A DNA stretch of 64,000 bases, from NCBI GenBank assembly GCA_047495785.1, contig JBLDXI010000015.1, positions 558,001 to 622,000 on the forward strand. The letters are read 5' to 3'. Of the stretch, positions 61,817-64,000 are shown piece by piece. The DNA is from Lepidodermella squamata (Eukaryota > Animalia > Gastrotricha). Numbering within the stretch: the stretch's first letter is position 1; the number at the start of each line of letters is the position of its first letter. The notes below the pieces were generated by a model that searched no databases, was not told where the DNA came from, and saw only the letters and a program-made list of their open reading frames with translations. Both the position numbers and the translations under genes were made by a program.

Positions 61817-64000
61817 ATGATGTTTTTGAAAATGCAGCTTGCTTGGTACATTTGTGCTATTTTAGCCTTTGCTCGCCAAAATCAGGCATGCAAGCCATCG
61901 GTCACTCATTCCCTGAGTTTAATCAGGTCTCAGCTAGCAGGCGTTGAACTCAACAGTGGCGCAGCTTACCGAGCACAACGCGCCGATCAAGAAGAAGTGT
62001 TTCAAGGAAAATGCGGCAAGAATATGTTCATTTTCAATTCGAGCGACGTATGGTCTTCTGGAGTAGTCGGAGGAGCCCCAGCTCCTCTTTACAAGTGAGA
62101 TTGTGTTCTTACTTACCCGAATTACATTGTCCATTATTCTCTTGTGCAAGGTATCCTTGGCTTGCTCGCTTGGAAATAACAACCTCGCCAGGACAGATAA
62201 CATCTTCTGTAAGCGCTGTCATCATCGATGACCGTTACCTTCTCACGTCTGCAAAAGCCATAATGTAAATATAATCTTATTGATTTCAGCAATAAACATT
62301 GATCTTTTGATTAGGGAATTTGGAATCGAACCTAGCGCCAAGTTTTATCCTGTGCAAATCAAAGCAATTTTCGGCGATCTCGACTCGACTATCAAAGAGT
62401 CCACCGAATTTACAATTGTAGCCGAAGATTACACTTGGCACCCGTTGTTCGCAGTTGAACCGTTGCGTTATGATTTTGCGATAATCAAACTGTCGAAGAG
62501 TCTCGAATTCACGGGTAATTGGGCTGTACAGAAAATCTGCCTGCCAACATCCTGCACTGATGAATGCAATCAGGCTGGCAGTAGAGTTGCTATAGCTGGT
62601 AAAGTTTTATGTCGAAAATTACAAGCCATTCTCACTCAACAATTTATTCATAGGATGGGGGTCCAACATCGATCTTGCGTGGCCTACACCTTCTAACTTG
62701 CTGCAGGAAACTTATTTAAGTATCGCGGATCGCTGGCGATGCATGCATGAGTTCAATTCAACCGCATCGTATATTACTGACGAAATGATGTGTGCAGAAG
62801 GATCGGCAACCATCGGGCCGAGACGTTACGACCAAGGAACGCCGCTGGTCTACACTAACGGCTTGAGTTACACGCTATGCGGCACCTTTTCAGACTCTGC
62901 TATGGACAAATCATTAAGCATATTGTAGGTGTTACATGCGTAGAATCAGATTCTGCTTCAGCGAAGCTTTTACAAGACCGCTTGCTAATTGCTAATCGCT
63001 AACTGACAATCGAAATTTTTCCAGCGCTCGGGTTTGCTCCGTTTTGCCGTGGATTCACAACGTGATGAGCCAAAAAAACGCCGCAATACCTCCGACCCCA
63101 AAATTCTTCAGCAAGTGCGGTCATTCCATGTACTTCAACAATTATAAACAACAGGGAGACGCTATCACGGGCGGTTCAATAGCTTTACCCTACCAGTTTC
63201 CGTGGTACGAATCATTTCCGCTTTGCTATACGAAAAATATATCTAGGATTCGTTAAAAGGTACGTTCGACTTGAGGTTACCTACACTGACTTGTCAGTCT
63301 ACGGTTGCGGTGGAACGATCATCAGCGAAAAGTAATTCTGAATGGTTAAAAACTAAAACCAAACTTTTTACATTTTGACATTAGTCACATTCTATCTGCT
63401 GCTCACTGCTTCGTGTTTCCAGGGAAGCGTCTAAAGTAAGCGTTTTGTAAACTATGATAATTCAGAGTGATTTAATTATTCCGCGAGGTTTTTTCATCTT
63501 GAATATATTTCAGATCTGTTGATGTTTTTTTCGCTGAGCGGAACCGAACGAAAACGAAACATAAGCGCTTCATGACCTCACCTGCATCTTACGTCAAAAT
63601 TCACGAACGTTACAGAGAGAAGACCATTGTAAATGACATTGCCCTGATAAGATTGCCAAGTGGGAATCTCATTAAATAATTTCACATTTTTTTGGCAATG
63701 AAATACTCCTTTTCAGAATATTTGGATTTTGACGCTGATTGGAAGGTACAACCAGCTTGTCTGCCCACGTCTGCTAGTGACGACTGTCCGGTTGGAACCA
63801 TGATGACTGCCGCAGGTATTGCTTGAGCTGCATTGACAGTTAACCTGGCTAACAGCTTTCTTTCAGGATTTGGTGACACGAGTTATCGTGGTCTTCCGTC
63901 TGATGTGCTCCGTTGGGTGACTATGCCCGTAGTAAGCGAAGAGGAATGCAAGGCACATTTTGCAAGCGGCACGACGCCTATTTCTGATTCACAGATATGC
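61817..64000 (+). CDS. Tandem-domain trypsin-family (S1A) protein: inactive first domain + probably active second domain, truncated by window end
   Basis: Signal peptide. Domain 1: VVGG..YPW..LTSAKA (His lost), DFAIIKL, ICLP, GWG, YDQGTPL (Ser lost). Domain 2: ITGG..FPW..CGGTII..ILSAAHC..NDIALIRL..PACLP..GFG; its Ser motif lies beyond the window. Confidence 0.85.

Noticed and set aside
1-64000. CRISPR arrays, tRNA/rRNA genes, prokaryotic operons
   Set aside because: None seen; the recurring repeats are EGF exons and paralogous genes in spliced eukaryotic DNA.

Overview
Eukaryotic (invertebrate animal) genomic DNA with compact, mostly 48-60 nt GT-AG introns; the species cannot be identified from sequence alone. 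In order the window holds: (1) a minus-strand array of four paralogous secreted papain-family proteases with an unusual layout (signal peptide, 4 EGF, degenerate I29 propeptide, furin-type RRRKR, ~85-aa insert, C1A domain), one cut by the window edge and one frameshifted; (2) an interposed plus-strand secreted Pro/Lys-rich, EGF, C-type-lectin gene; (3) an ankyrin/SOCS-box gene head-to-head with a ~14-kb MAM/LDLa type-I membrane protein gene; (4) a divergent Cys-loop channel subunit; (5) three paralogous GABA-B-like class C GPCRs, with a near-intact Jockey/I-type LINE between copies 1 and 2 and small PLA2-like and galaxin-like genes between copies 2 and 3; (6) two intronless PQQ/BamB-like beta-propeller genes with GPI-type tails; (7) a tandem-domain trypsin gene running off the end. 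A hAT-type MITE with a perfect 8-bp TSD and several degenerate LINE remnants are also visible. All gene models were built by hand from splice sites and paralog comparison; no database searches were run.
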